From assembly GCA_026196145.1 (NCBI GenBank), contig JAPHTU010000158.1:1-44154 (forward strand): DNA of 44,154 nt. The letters run 5' to 3'. Below the pieces are notes generated by a model that had not been told where the DNA came from, made no database searches, and was given only the letters and a program-made list of their open reading frames with translations. Below are positions 22,460-35,347 of the stretch, one piece after another (the first letter of the stretch is position 1; the number at the start of each line of letters is the position of its first letter). Source of the stretch: Gammaproteobacteria bacterium (lineage in GTDB: Bacteria > Pseudomonadota > Gammaproteobacteria > JAJDYQ01). Made by a program: the position numbers and the translations under genes.

Positions 22460-23794
22460 GTGCCTTTTTCTGCTGCACAGCTAAAACGAATTCTCAGCCA
22501 GCTCCCGCAACCCGTTGAACGTCTCTGGGTGGCCTTTAGTGGTGGTCTGGACTCTCACGTTTTATTACACCGCCTGGTGGGCCTGCGGGACGAATTGCCG
22601 CATATCGTCGGTGCCATCCATATCCATCACGACCTCAGCGACCATGCAGATGCCTGGGCTGCCCATTGTCAAAAAATCTGCCAACAGCTCGAAATAGCCT
22701 GTGAGATCTCCCGGGTGAAGATTGCGGAAGGCGAGGGATTGGAAGATAGCGCAAGACGGGCCCGCTACACCGCGATAGAAGCTTATCTCCAGCCGGATGA
22801 TGCGGTATTGCTGGCACAACACCAGGATGACCAGGCAGAGACATTTTTATTGCAGGCATTGCGAGGCGGAGGCCCACGAGGTCTGGCTAGTATGCCATCC
22901 ATAGCACCATTAGGGGCCGGATACCAGATACGCCCTCTACTTGATATCAGCCGCACGCAGATACAGGAGTACGCGCTACAACATGAACTACACTGGATAG
23001 AGGATGAGTCAAATCAGGATACGCGGTTTGACCGTAACTTTATCCGCCATGAAATCATGCCGAGACTCAAGCAACGCTGGCCATCAGCGAGCAGAACACT
23101 GGCACGCACCGCTGCCCATACTGCCGGCCTGGTACACATTACCGATGAGCTGTTACAGGATGAGTTGCAGGGCTTAACCGGCAGTCGGCCGGCAACACTT
23201 TCAATTCAGGCCCTGAAAAAACTACACTTTTCCAGGGCTGCATTACTCATCCGTGCGATGTGTTACCAACAGCAGCTACCTGTTCCGGCAACCAGCCATA
23301 TTCAGGAATTGCTGAACAAGCAATTGCATGCAGATATCGACAGGCAGATTCATATTAACTGGCCAGGTGCGGAATTCAGGCGTTATCGTGATGATTTATA
23401 TATACATTCACCTTTGCCACCGGTCAGCGAGACGCCATGGCGCCATGAGTGGGATGGCAAAGGGATATTGGAAATACCTGAACTGGGTGGAAATCTAACG
23501 CTTGAGCCAAATAGCGGGCAGGGCATCAGACGTCAATTGCTGGAGAAAGGGCTGATTATCAAACCCCGTAGTGGCAGTGAACGCTGCCAGCCTGCAGGAG
23601 ACAAGCATCGACGGGATCTGAAAACCATATACCAGAACAATGAAGTACCACCGTGGGACAGAGAAAGATTGCCCCTGATATATACCGGGGATGAACTGAT
23701 TGCGATCGCGGATATTGTTATCTGCGAACAGGCATTGGCGGGCCAGGATGAGGTAGGCTACAAAGTCATTTGGCAGAAAAACCAGCCGTCATAA
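22460..23794 (+). CDS. tilS: tRNA(Ile)-lysidine synthase
   Basis: GTG start. The PP-loop VAFSGGLDSHVLLH lies near the N-terminus. 444 aa, in the accA-tilS-pyrG order seen in Pseudomonas-like genomes. Confidence 0.9.
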   Translation: MPFSAAQLKRILSQLPQPVERLWVAFSGGLDSHVLLHRLVGLRDELPHIVGAIHIHHDLSDHADAWAAHCQKICQQLEIACEISRVKIAEGEGLEDSARRARYTAIEAYLQPDDAVLLAQHQDDQAETFLLQALRGGGPRGLASMPSIAPLGAGYQIRPLLDISRTQIQEYALQHELHWIEDESNQDTRFDRNFIRHEIMPRLKQRWPSASRTLARTAAHTAGLVHITDELLQDELQGLTGSRPATLSIQALKKLHFSRAALLIRAMCYQQQLPVPATSHIQELLNKQLHADIDRQIHINWPGAEFRRYRDDLYIHSPLPPVSETPWRHEWDGKGILEIPELGGNLTLEPNSGQGIRRQLLEKGLIIKPRSGSERCQPAGDKHRRDLKTIYQNNEVPPWDRERLPLIYTGDELIAIADIVICEQALAGQDEVGYKVIWQKNQPS

Positions 23795-23862
23795 ATATCA
23801 GCGTGCTTTGCATATCCAGACAGGAATACAGATTTTATACCGACTTCCGCACAAGCATTCAT

Positions 23863-26387
<2,525 letters not shown>

Positions 26388-26451
26388 GTACCCGGATAAC
26401 TCCCTGGAACACAAACAGCAAGATCACTTCCTGTTGATAAAAACTTGATAT

Positions 26452-26838
26452 ATGTACAGACCCATCAAGTCCAGAGAAGTCGCATTAAGCACAATTAAAG
26501 ACACATCGACTGTATTTTTCATACTTGCTGTCGTTTTGTTGCTGGTGGTCTACATCAAATTTCCCCCCGGGCTGGAGCTTCAGTTTATTGAATCGCTGAT
26601 TTATGCCGTGCTGGCGGCCATGGTGCTGGAACTGAAATCGAGAGCTGCAGCCGTCCTGCTGTTTATTCAAAGTGGAGGGGGATTCATATTCCTGACATAT
26701 AGCTGGCTTACCATTCCGAATAACGAATTCAGCTATACATACGGACCTCGGATAATTCTGGCCCTGATTTTAACCTATACAGCCATTCGGGCTGTTCAGG
26801 CAACCTACCTGCTACATGGAAAGTTCAATCAGGTATAG
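26452..26838 (+). CDS. Hypothetical small integral membrane protein (about 4 TM)
   Basis: 128-aa ORF with four hydrophobic stretches (VFFILAVVLLLVV, LIYAVLAAMVL, AAVLLFIQSGGGFIFL, IILALILTYTAI). I recognise no family. It lies between kdsA and eno, which are normally adjacent. Confidence 0.55.
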   Translation: MYRPIKSREVALSTIKDTSTVFFILAVVLLLVVYIKFPPGLELQFIESLIYAVLAAMVLELKSRAAAVLLFIQSGGGFIFLTYSWLTIPNNEFSYTYGPRIILALILTYTAIRAVQATYLLHGKFNQV

Positions 26839-26887
26839 ATCTGGAACCTATGTAGATAAATTCCACGAAGATTCACCGGGGCGTCTC

Positions 26888-26896
26888 TGCTAGAAT
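26888..26896 (+). promoter_or_regulatory. Candidate extended -10 promoter for eno
   Basis: TGcTAGAAT at 26888-26896, ~40 nt upstream of the eno ATG, with the SD GAAAGGAAG in between. The same 12-mer, CTGCTAGAATAC, recurs upstream of ftsB. Confidence 0.4.
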
Positions 26897-26910
26897 ACGC
26901 CGCCATTTAA

Positions 26911-28218
<1,308 letters not shown>

Positions 28219-28308
28219 TTACATACTGCTATAAGACTGTCGGATTTATGTGTTCGTAACGAGGCGAATGGGAAATCGCCGCCTAAGTCCGGCAGGCTCA
28301 GGGCAGGC

Positions 28309-28317
28309 TGCTAGAAT
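28309..28317 (+). promoter_or_regulatory. Candidate extended -10 promoter immediately upstream of ftsB
   Basis: TGcTAGAAT at 28309-28317. Only 6 nt separate the -10 from the ftsB ATG (28324), and no SD is visible. Confidence 0.35.
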
Positions 28318-28323
28318 ACTGCC

Positions 28324-28656
28324 ATGAAAATATATGCAGTATTTCTGATCATCTTACTCATTATCCTGCAACTCAAGTTCTGGTTTGAGGAGGGTGGTTA
28401 TTTTTATAACCTGGGACTGGAAGAAGAGTTGGCAGCAGTCAAGCAAGAGAATGCCGAGCTCAAGGCACGCAATCAGGAACTTGCCCGGCAAATTATCCTG
28501 GTGAAGGAAAACATGGATGAAATCGAGGCACTGGCCAGAAAAAACCTGGGCATGATCAAGGAAGGTGAACAATTTATGTTCATAATCGATGAAGAGTCAG
28601 AAGCCACCGATAAGCCGAAACCTGGAGTTACGCAGCCGAAGGATGATACTCAATGA
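28324..28656 (+). CDS. ftsB: Cell division protein FtsB
   Basis: 110 aa with an N-terminal TM (IYAVFLIILLIILQLKFWF), then a coiled coil/leucine zipper (LEEELAAVKQENAELKARNQELARQI). Sits at the eno-ftsB-ispD position. Confidence 0.9.
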   Translation: MKIYAVFLIILLIILQLKFWFEEGGYFYNLGLEEELAAVKQENAELKARNQELARQIILVKENMDEIEALARKNLGMIKEGEQFMFIIDEESEATDKPKPGVTQPKDDTQ

Positions 28657-29363
28657 ACAACACTGATACCAGGCTTTGGGCCATCGTGCCGGCCGCAGGT
28701 GTTGGTAAACGTGTCGGCGGTCCTGTCCCAAAGCAATATCTGGATTTAAACGGCCGGCCACTGATTGAATGGACCCTGGATCGATTGCTTGAGCTTGAAG
28801 AGTTGCAGCAACTCATGGTGGTTGTCTCGGCGGAAGATGAATACTGGCCCGAGCTGGAAATTAGTAATAATCCACGCATTCAGACTGCGCCCGGTGGCAG
28901 TGAACGTTGCCATTCGGTTCTCAATGGGCTGGAATCACTGGCAGACAAGGCCACAGCCGATGACTGGGTGCTGGTTCATGACGCGGCCAGACCCTGTGTA
29001 AGAATCACTGATATCCGGCATTTGATCGATACTGCCAAGGCTGCGCAGCAGGGCGGAATTTTAGCTATGCCGGTTAGAGACACTATTAAACAATCTAATA
29101 ATATCAAGAAGATACAGAATACTGTTGATAGAAGTTCTCTATGGCATGCATTGACCCCGCAGCTTTTTCGATACGCTGAATTGAGACAGGCGCTACACTC
29201 GGCAATTGATAATAATTTTCAGGTTACAGACGAGGCTTCGGCAATGGAGTACGCTGGGCAGCAGCCAATGCTGGTCGAGGGGGCAAGTGACAATATCAAG
29301 GTTACCTTGCCGGAAGACCTGGCACTGGCCAGTTTTTTTATCACTAAACAGGAAAATACATGA
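28653..29363 (+). CDS. ispD: 2-C-methyl-D-erythritol 4-phosphate cytidylyltransferase
   Basis: [20 protein letters not shown]...[11 protein letters not shown] motifs. ATGA overlap with ftsB. Confidence 0.94.
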   Translation: MNNTDTRLWAIVPAAGVGKRVGGPVPKQYLDLNGRPLIEWTLDRLLELEELQQLMVVVSAEDEYWPELEISNNPRIQTAPGGSERCHSVLNGLESLADKATADDWVLVHDAARPCVRITDIRHLIDTAKAAQQGGILAMPVRDTIKQSNNIKKIQNTVDRSSLWHALTPQLFRYAELRQALHSAIDNNFQVTDEASAMEYAGQQPMLVEGASDNIKVTLPEDLALASFFITKQENT

Positions 29364-29830
29364 TACGAGTTGGACAGGGCTATGATGTACACCGTTTTGG
29401 TGAAGGCGATTACATCGTACTCGGTGGGGTCAAGATCCCCCATCACCATGGCCTGGTTGCCCACTCTGATGGCGATGTCCTGATTCATGCCCTCTGTGAT
29501 GCCTTGTTGGGCGCGGCCGCGCTGGGCGATATTGGCCACCATTTCCCGGACACCGACCAACAGTATGCAGGCGCAGATAGCCGTGAATTACTACGGCAGG
29601 TCATACAGTTAGTGAATAATCAGGGATATCGCCTGAATAATGTTGATGCCACCATCATCGTCCAGGCGCCAAAGATCGCGCCACATATCGACAGCATGAA
29701 ACAGGTATTGGCTGACATACTGGAAGTCGACTCCTCACAGGTCAACATCAAGGCCACAACAACCGAAAAGCTGGGCTTTGAAGGCAGGGAAGAGGGCATC
29801 GCCGTGCAGGCGATTGCTTTGATTGAGTAA
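29360..29830 (+). CDS. ispF: 2-C-methyl-D-erythritol 2,4-cyclodiphosphate synthase
   Basis: [13 protein letters not shown]...[40 protein letters not shown] overlap with ispD. Confidence 0.96.
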   Translation: MIRVGQGYDVHRFGEGDYIVLGGVKIPHHHGLVAHSDGDVLIHALCDALLGAAALGDIGHHFPDTDQQYAGADSRELLRQVIQLVNNQGYRLNNVDATIIVQAPKIAPHIDSMKQVLADILEVDSSQVNIKATTTEKLGFEGREEGIAVQAIALIE

Positions 29831-29852
29831 TCGTAACCTTGCCTGACCCATC

Positions 29853-30884
29853 ATGTATTCTCTTAGTCCCCTTGCAACAGCGTATGGTGCTGCCCCGATA
29901 ACCGGTACCATTCGAGCAACACCCGAAGATTTTCAGGTAATAGAAATCCCGGCTTTTTCTCCTTCCGGCGACGGTGAGCATTGCATTGTACATATTCGCA
30001 AAAAACTCATGAATACTGCCCACGTGGCCAAGTTGCTGGCCCGGCATGCCAACTTACCGCAATCCCGGGTTTCGTGGGCGGGCATGAAGGACAGAAATGC
30101 CGTTACCGAGCAATGGTTCAGTGTCCACCTGGCAAACAAACCGGAACCTGACTGGTCAGCATTGAACGACGACAAAATCAAGGTACTCGATGTCTATCGC
30201 CATCAGCGTAAATTAAAAAAGGGCGTACTCAAGGGCAACCAGTTTTATCTGCGTATCACAGACGTCAAGGGTGATATCGATGCCCTGAAAGCGCGTTATG
30301 AAACCATACTGGACCACGGCGTGCCGAATTATTTTGGTGAACAACGATTCGGCTTTCGCGGCCGTAATCTGCACAAGGCGCTGGCCATGTTTCGAAAGCC
30401 CCAAAGACGAATGCCCCGCCATGAAAGGGGGATTTACCTGTCTGCTGCGCGATCGCTGTTATTTAATACCGTGCTGGACCGACGGGTCCGTGATAAAAGC
30501 TGGAATAAAATCCTGCCGGGTGAAATCTGCATGCTCAATGGTTCACATAGTATTTTTCCATCCGAGAATGAGACCGGACTGCAACAGCGCCTGGATAATT
30601 TCGATATTCATCCAACCGGGCCATTATGGGGTGAGGGTGATTTACCCACCTCGGCCAACTGCAAGATGCTGGAAATAGATGTGATACGCAAGTTCGAGGA
30701 GTTTGCACAGGGCCTGGCAGACGCCCGCCTGAAGCAGGAACGGCGTTCACTACGGCTGGAACCCCGGTTTTTCCAGATGCAGGTGACCGGAGACACAGTC
30801 TCCTTCAACTTTGAATTACCACCAGGCGCCTATGCCACCGCGGTGCTGCATGAATTGCTAATCAGTAATGATCTGGATACATAA
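29853..30884 (+). CDS. truD: tRNA pseudouridine(13) synthase TruD
   Basis: 343 aa with IRATPEDFQVIEI, WAGMKDRNAVTEQWFSV (catalytic Asp context) and NYFGEQRFG motifs. Confidence 0.92.
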   Translation: MYSLSPLATAYGAAPITGTIRATPEDFQVIEIPAFSPSGDGEHCIVHIRKKLMNTAHVAKLLARHANLPQSRVSWAGMKDRNAVTEQWFSVHLANKPEPDWSALNDDKIKVLDVYRHQRKLKKGVLKGNQFYLRITDVKGDIDALKARYETILDHGVPNYFGEQRFGFRGRNLHKALAMFRKPQRRMPRHERGIYLSAARSLLFNTVLDRRVRDKSWNKILPGEICMLNGSHSIFPSENETGLQQRLDNFDIHPTGPLWGEGDLPTSANCKMLEIDVIRKFEEFAQGLADARLKQERRSLRLEPRFFQMQVTGDTVSFNFELPPGAYATAVLHELLISNDLDT

Positions 30885-30972
30885 TCATATACTAATCAGT
30901 TATAATGTTCGGATTGGATTTAACCTGGCACCCAACAATCATAATTCATGAAAAGCCTTCTCAGGGATAACG

Positions 30973-32292
30973 ATGGCAGCAACTAAAATCGGCCGATATG
31001 AAGTAGAGCACAAGATAGGCGAAGGCGCATTCGGTGTGGTCTACAAGGCCCGCGATCCGGTTCTCGACAGGGCAGTTGCTATCAAGGTCCCATCACTCAC
31101 GCTGAATGATGACGAACTCGCCAGCCTGATCATGGAGTTTTATCGTGAGGCACGTATCGGTGCCCAATTCCGTCATTCCAATATCGTCACAGTCTATGAC
31201 CTGGGCGTGAATGAGCATAGCGAAAACATCAAGATGCACTATCTGGTGATGGAATATGTCTCGGGCATGGAACTAAAGGATTACCTGAAGCAGGTTGAGA
31301 AAATCGAATACAAGGAAGTCCTGAAAATCATGTTTGAGTGCTGCAAGGCACTGGATTACATTCATTTTCACAAGATCGTACACCGTGACATCAAGCTCGG
31401 TAACATCATGTATAACCCGAGCTATTCTACGGTCAAGTTAATGGATTTTGGCATTGCCGACCAGCTGGATGTAAAGGCAGCCAAGGGTGTCGGTACGTTA
31501 TTTTATATGTCACCGGAACATTTTGACGACAGCAAGGAATTAACGTTTCAAACCGATATTTTCGCACTGGGCTCCGTGATGTATCAGCTTATTACCGGCA
31601 AGCCGGCATTTCAGGGCAAGGATATCGACGCGGTAATCCAGAATATCCAAACCAAGGAACCTATCCCGATTCAGCACTATCGTCCCGATGCGCCACCAGA
31701 GCTGAGCGACCTGGTAAACAAGGCGCTGGCCAAGAATCCTGCCGATCGTTATGAATCTTCACTGGCCTTTGCAAGCGCCATTCAGAAATTACTCGATACA
31801 CTCTCCGTACCGACATCGGAAAGTGATGAAGTCGATGCAGAAGAATCAGGCAAGATTCAGCAAAATGACGATTATGTATTCCTGCGAGATAACAGCTGGT
31901 TTAAGGACTTCTCACCCAGCCTGATCGAGGAACTGGTGAAGGTCGGCCGGGTTGAGACCTATGCCGCCAATGAATTAATCGTTACCGAGGGTGAAATCGC
32001 CGATAGTTTCTACACCATTATTTCCGGTGCCGCCGAGGTTGTGAAAAGCTCCAGCGTTGTGGCAAGAATGAAGGCGGGTGACAGCTTCGGTGAACTGGGT
32101 CATGTTACTGCCAACGCACGCCGTACTGCCAGCATACGGACTACGGAGCTCACCAAGGTACTAAACGTCGGTATTGATACGTTGGAAATGCTATCCCCGG
32201 AAAATCAGGCGATGTTATACAAAGGCTTTCTGAAAACGACCATGGAGAGAATGACTGCCCTGCAGGAATCCATGAATGCCTGCGATGTATAG
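30973..32292 (+). CDS. Soluble Hanks-type Ser/Thr protein kinase fused to a C-terminal cyclic-nucleotide-binding (CAP/PKA-R-like) domain
   Basis: Kinase motifs are IGEGAFGVVYKA (P-loop), VAIK (Lys), HRDIKLGN (31381-31404), DFG, MSPEH and DIFALGSVMYQL. After an acidic linker comes a cNMP domain with the phosphate-binding cassette FGELGHVTANARRTASIRT (32086-32142). No TM segment. Confidence 0.85.
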   Translation: MAATKIGRYEVEHKIGEGAFGVVYKARDPVLDRAVAIKVPSLTLNDDELASLIMEFYREARIGAQFRHSNIVTVYDLGVNEHSENIKMHYLVMEYVSGMELKDYLKQVEKIEYKEVLKIMFECCKALDYIHFHKIVHRDIKLGNIMYNPSYSTVKLMDFGIADQLDVKAAKGVGTLFYMSPEHFDDSKELTFQTDIFALGSVMYQLITGKPAFQGKDIDAVIQNIQTKEPIPIQHYRPDAPPELSDLVNKALAKNPADRYESSLAFASAIQKLLDTLSVPTSESDEVDAEESGKIQQNDDYVFLRDNSWFKDFSPSLIEELVKVGRVETYAANELIVTEGEIADSFYTIISGAAEVVKSSSVVARMKAGDSFGELGHVTANARRTASIRTTELTKVLNVGIDTLEMLSPENQAMLYKGFLKTTMERMTALQESMNACDV

Positions 32293-32299
32293 CAGTCAG

Positions 32300-34387
32300 T
32301 TATCCCGCATTATTAAACAACACGCATACACTAACCTCCTGACTGCCATTTCTGATTAATGCAGTGCCGCCATGAAAAGCGGCTATCAAACGCACGATAT
32401 ATAAACCCAGGCCCATATGTGGTGTTTTCGTGGTGCTGGTACGTGCGCTAATCATGGAATCAAACAGGGTATTGATAATACTGTCTGGCACGGGTTCGCC
32501 GTAATTTTGAACACAGAGTTCACAGCCCATATGGGTTACGTTGATGCTCACGCTTATGGCACTACCCTCGGTATGGAAGTCAATGGCGTTGGCAACCAGT
32601 TTGTCCAGCAATTGTGCCATCAGTTCAGCCGAACCATGCAACGTATATTCATCACGATCAGCCGTATACTGAAACGATATATCGGGGAAGGCCTGCTGGT
32701 AACCCTTGACACAACTCTCAATAACGGCACAAAGATTAAAAGGCTCGACACCGGTTGACTTCAAGGCGTTCTCAAGACGTGACGCCTCGGTAAGGTTTGC
32801 CAGTATCATCTTCAGACGCGCCAAGCCTTCATTTGCGCGCTCGATAAGTGGATTGTCAGCTAAGTCTGCCGATTCATGCTGCAGGTTCTCCAATGATGAC
32901 TGAACAACAGTTAACGGTGTACGTAACTCATGCGAAAGCTTGCTCGCCATGGTTTCCAGGTAATGCTGATAGGACTGCAAACGCTCAATCATTCCCGCCA
33001 TTCCGCGATTGAGCTCACCAATCTCATCATTGATGATGGAAACATGAATACGATCATTAAGTCTCCCGTCATCACTAACAGAATCCTGCATCTGCTGGTT
33101 CAGGCCGCGAATACGTTTAATCAGAATAGTCGCATAGACCAGTAGTATCATGATGATGACTGCCATAGCAGATAGCGATGTCAGCATGATTTTAAGCAGA
33201 GCCTGATGCCTGACACCTGAAATCGCCTGCGTGGACTGCTGGATAACGAGCGAGCCGGCAAGCTCACCGTCAATCAACACAGGTACAGCGACCGATAAAA
33301 TCCCCACACCCTGGTCATCGCGACTGAACCGATGATCGGCCTGATTGGACAGGGCGTTCCTCACATAATCGTCATCCATGCGAAATGGAAAATCACCCGG
33401 TTCACCAACAACGGCATCTGCGAGCAACAGTAATTCATGCAAGCGCTTGAAGATGCCGGCACTACCCTGCGCTTGCTGGTTGTCATCTCCTGGTTGAATA
33501 TTTCCGTCGATTGCCAGAATATTGCCACGACTATCCAGCAGGCTGAGTTTCTGGTTCGGTGCACGGTAGGTCGATAATTGCTGTTTAATATCCGCTAGCC
33601 TGCCAAACACATAACCCGCTATCTGGCTATCTGCCAGTGGGACATTACCGATTACTGCTGAATAAGCCGCGTCTTCGTTATCCCTGTCTATCACATGCAG
33701 TGAAACAAACCGGCTCGTCATAAAATCAGGAATGGAAATTTCAATCGTATAACCACCGGCTCGTGTTTGCATTTCAGCCTGTATACGGGTCTCCGGCAGG
33801 CCGGGGGCGTCTACCGGAATCACACTTAACCAGCCCGGCGAATTGCTGCTGATAATATATTGATGTTTTCGATCATTCGCATCAACAAGGCCCACCAACA
33901 CATGGTCCCCGTCTCGTGGTGTTCGTGCGGGATACCTGGTCTGGTATAACCGGTCATCATCGACATCCAGCAACAACACAAGGGCACGCGATTGATAGTA
34001 GGCACTCAGGCTGAATCTAATGTGTGTGTCGTTTCTGCCATCCTGTAATGCATTGAAGCTATCATAGTGCTGCTGAATGCGTTCATCGGGCCAGTCATCT
34101 GCATAACCGTCAATCATGATTTGATTGGCGGGTGGTGATAATACGATCTCGCTACGCTCCGGCGTGATTGCCAACTGCCTGTTATGCCCCTTAAGTAGCG
34201 GAGTAACAGGTGCCATTCCATCAAGTATCGTGGTCGCTGTCGTCAGTGCATTGTGCACCTGCTGTTGCCTGAGCAGGCTTTCCATATCACGGATAGTTTG
34301 TACACCAATCCAGGGCAGTATCAGGACAACCAGTGAAATAATCAGCAGCTGCGCCCTGATGGAAGGGAATGGCAGTAATCCTTTCAA
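32300..34387 (-). CDS. Sensor histidine kinase with a ~365-aa periplasmic domain, probably the dedicated-sortase-system histidine kinase
   Basis: TTG start. TM1 is LLIISLVVLILPWIGV and TM2 is ALLKIMLTSLSAMAVIIMILLVYATILI. A HAMP-like segment is followed by the H-box KLSHELRTPL (His codon at ~32930-32932), the N-box LVANAIDF and the G-box HMGLGLYIV. Lies directly downstream of the response regulator and next to the sortase genes. Confidence 0.88.
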   Translation of the reverse strand: MKGLLPFPSIRAQLLIISLVVLILPWIGVQTIRDMESLLRQQQVHNALTTATTILDGMAPVTPLLKGHNRQLAITPERSEIVLSPPANQIMIDGYADDWPDERIQQHYDSFNALQDGRNDTHIRFSLSAYYQSRALVLLLDVDDDRLYQTRYPARTPRDGDHVLVGLVDANDRKHQYIISSNSPGWLSVIPVDAPGLPETRIQAEMQTRAGGYTIEISIPDFMTSRFVSLHVIDRDNEDAAYSAVIGNVPLADSQIAGYVFGRLADIKQQLSTYRAPNQKLSLLDSRGNILAIDGNIQPGDDNQQAQGSAGIFKRLHELLLLADAVVGEPGDFPFRMDDDYVRNALSNQADHRFSRDDQGVGILSVAVPVLIDGELAGSLVIQQSTQAISGVRHQALLKIMLTSLSAMAVIIMILLVYATILIKRIRGLNQQMQDSVSDDGRLNDRIHVSIINDEIGELNRGMAGMIERLQSYQHYLETMASKLSHELRTPLTVVQSSLENLQHESADLADNPLIERANEGLARLKMILANLTEASRLENALKSTGVEPFNLCAVIESCVKGYQQAFPDISFQYTADRDEYTLHGSAELMAQLLDKLVANAIDFHTEGSAISVSINVTHMGCELCVQNYGEPVPDSIINTLFDSMISARTSTTKTPHMGLGLYIVRLIAAFHGGTALIRNGSQEVSVCVLFNNAG

Positions 34388-34405
34388 CCTAGAGCCCGTA
34401 CTGGT

Positions 34406-35098
34406 TCAGGGATTGTTCCATCGATAGCCCATGCCATATACCGTTTCGATGGCGTTAAATCCGTTGTCTATACTTTCAAACTTTTTACGCATACGTTTGA
34501 TGTGCGAAGTAATCGTGCTGTCATCGACAACGATATTTGCCTCCGACATCAGCTGGTCGCGATTCTTAACATGGCCAGGGTAACGCGCCAGTGAATGCAA
34601 TATCCAGAATTCAGTTAATGTCAGATCCAATGGTTCTTCATGGTAGCTTGCCCGCATCTGGTTAATATCTATCGACAGTGGCCCTCGCCGCATAATGTCA
34701 GTCTCTGCCCCCTTGTTTTGCATCGCGTCCATGCGACGAAACAAGGCCGCGATGCGAGCCGAAAGGTTTTGCAGGCTGATGTCCTTGGTCAGATAATCGT
34801 CTGCCCCCAGACGCAGGCCCGAGATTGCATCGATATCGTCATCCCGCGCGGTCAGAAAGATAATGGGCAGAGTAGCTGACTGATTCCGCAGTTCACGGCA
34901 GAGTTCAAAACCACCCTCGGCCTCATCGCCCAGGCCGATATCCAGTATGGCCAGGTCGGGTAATACAGATTTGAATGCTGCAGCAGCTGTCGGGCGATCG
35001 ACATAGGTTTCAATCTGGTATCCCTGACGTGCCAGATGTTGTCGGTAGTTTTCCCGAAGTGCAGCTTCATCCTCAACGATTGCGATCTGTTTTGCCAT
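34406..35098 (-). CDS. OmpR/PhoB-family response regulator, probably the dedicated-sortase-system regulator
   Basis: Receiver domain MAKQIAIVEDEAAL...DLAILDIGLGDE...IIFLTARDDDID...GADDYLTKD. Winged-helix output domain LTLTEFWILHSL...ITSHIKRMRKKF...VYGMGYRW. I prefer the ATG at 35098 (AGGA upstream) over the track's 35134. Confidence 0.9.
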   Translation of the reverse strand: MAKQIAIVEDEAALRENYRQHLARQGYQIETYVDRPTAAAAFKSVLPDLAILDIGLGDEAEGGFELCRELRNQSATLPIIFLTARDDDIDAISGLRLGADDYLTKDISLQNLSARIAALFRRMDAMQNKGAETDIMRRGPLSIDINQMRASYHEEPLDLTLTEFWILHSLARYPGHVKNRDQLMSEANIVVDDSTITSHIKRMRKKFESIDNGFNAIETVYGMGYRWNNP

Positions 35099-35189
35099 TG
35101 ATTGTCCTGCTAATACACGAATGCCTATGTCCAATCATAAGACATTCATGCATGTAAATGTCAGCCAATGGTGCAATTGCCAGAATTCG

Positions 35190-35214
35190 TCAGATTTGCC
35201 CTTCAGATTGCCCT
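35190..35214. promoter_or_regulatory. Tandem direct repeat, candidate response-regulator operator, in the divergent RR/sortase-target intergenic region
   Basis: TCAGATTTGCCCT (35190-35202) is immediately followed by TCAGATTGCCCT (35203-35214). A third ATTGCC lies at 35176-35181. OmpR-family regulators bind direct repeats. Confidence 0.35.
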
Positions 35215-35347
35215 GAATGATGCCGGCCCACGCCTTATCGACGGTCTTTAATTATCACAACAAAGAATTCCGGCGCGGGGCGGGATGCCAGTCAACCGAA
35301 TATTTACCAGGTCATGGATGACACGCTGGACCAAACAGGAGAACGAC

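Noticed and set aside
28263-28280. Hairpin GGCGA-N8-TCGCC downstream of eno, considered as a possible terminator.
   Set aside because: The stem is only 5 bp and no T-run follows, so it is not a convincing intrinsic terminator.
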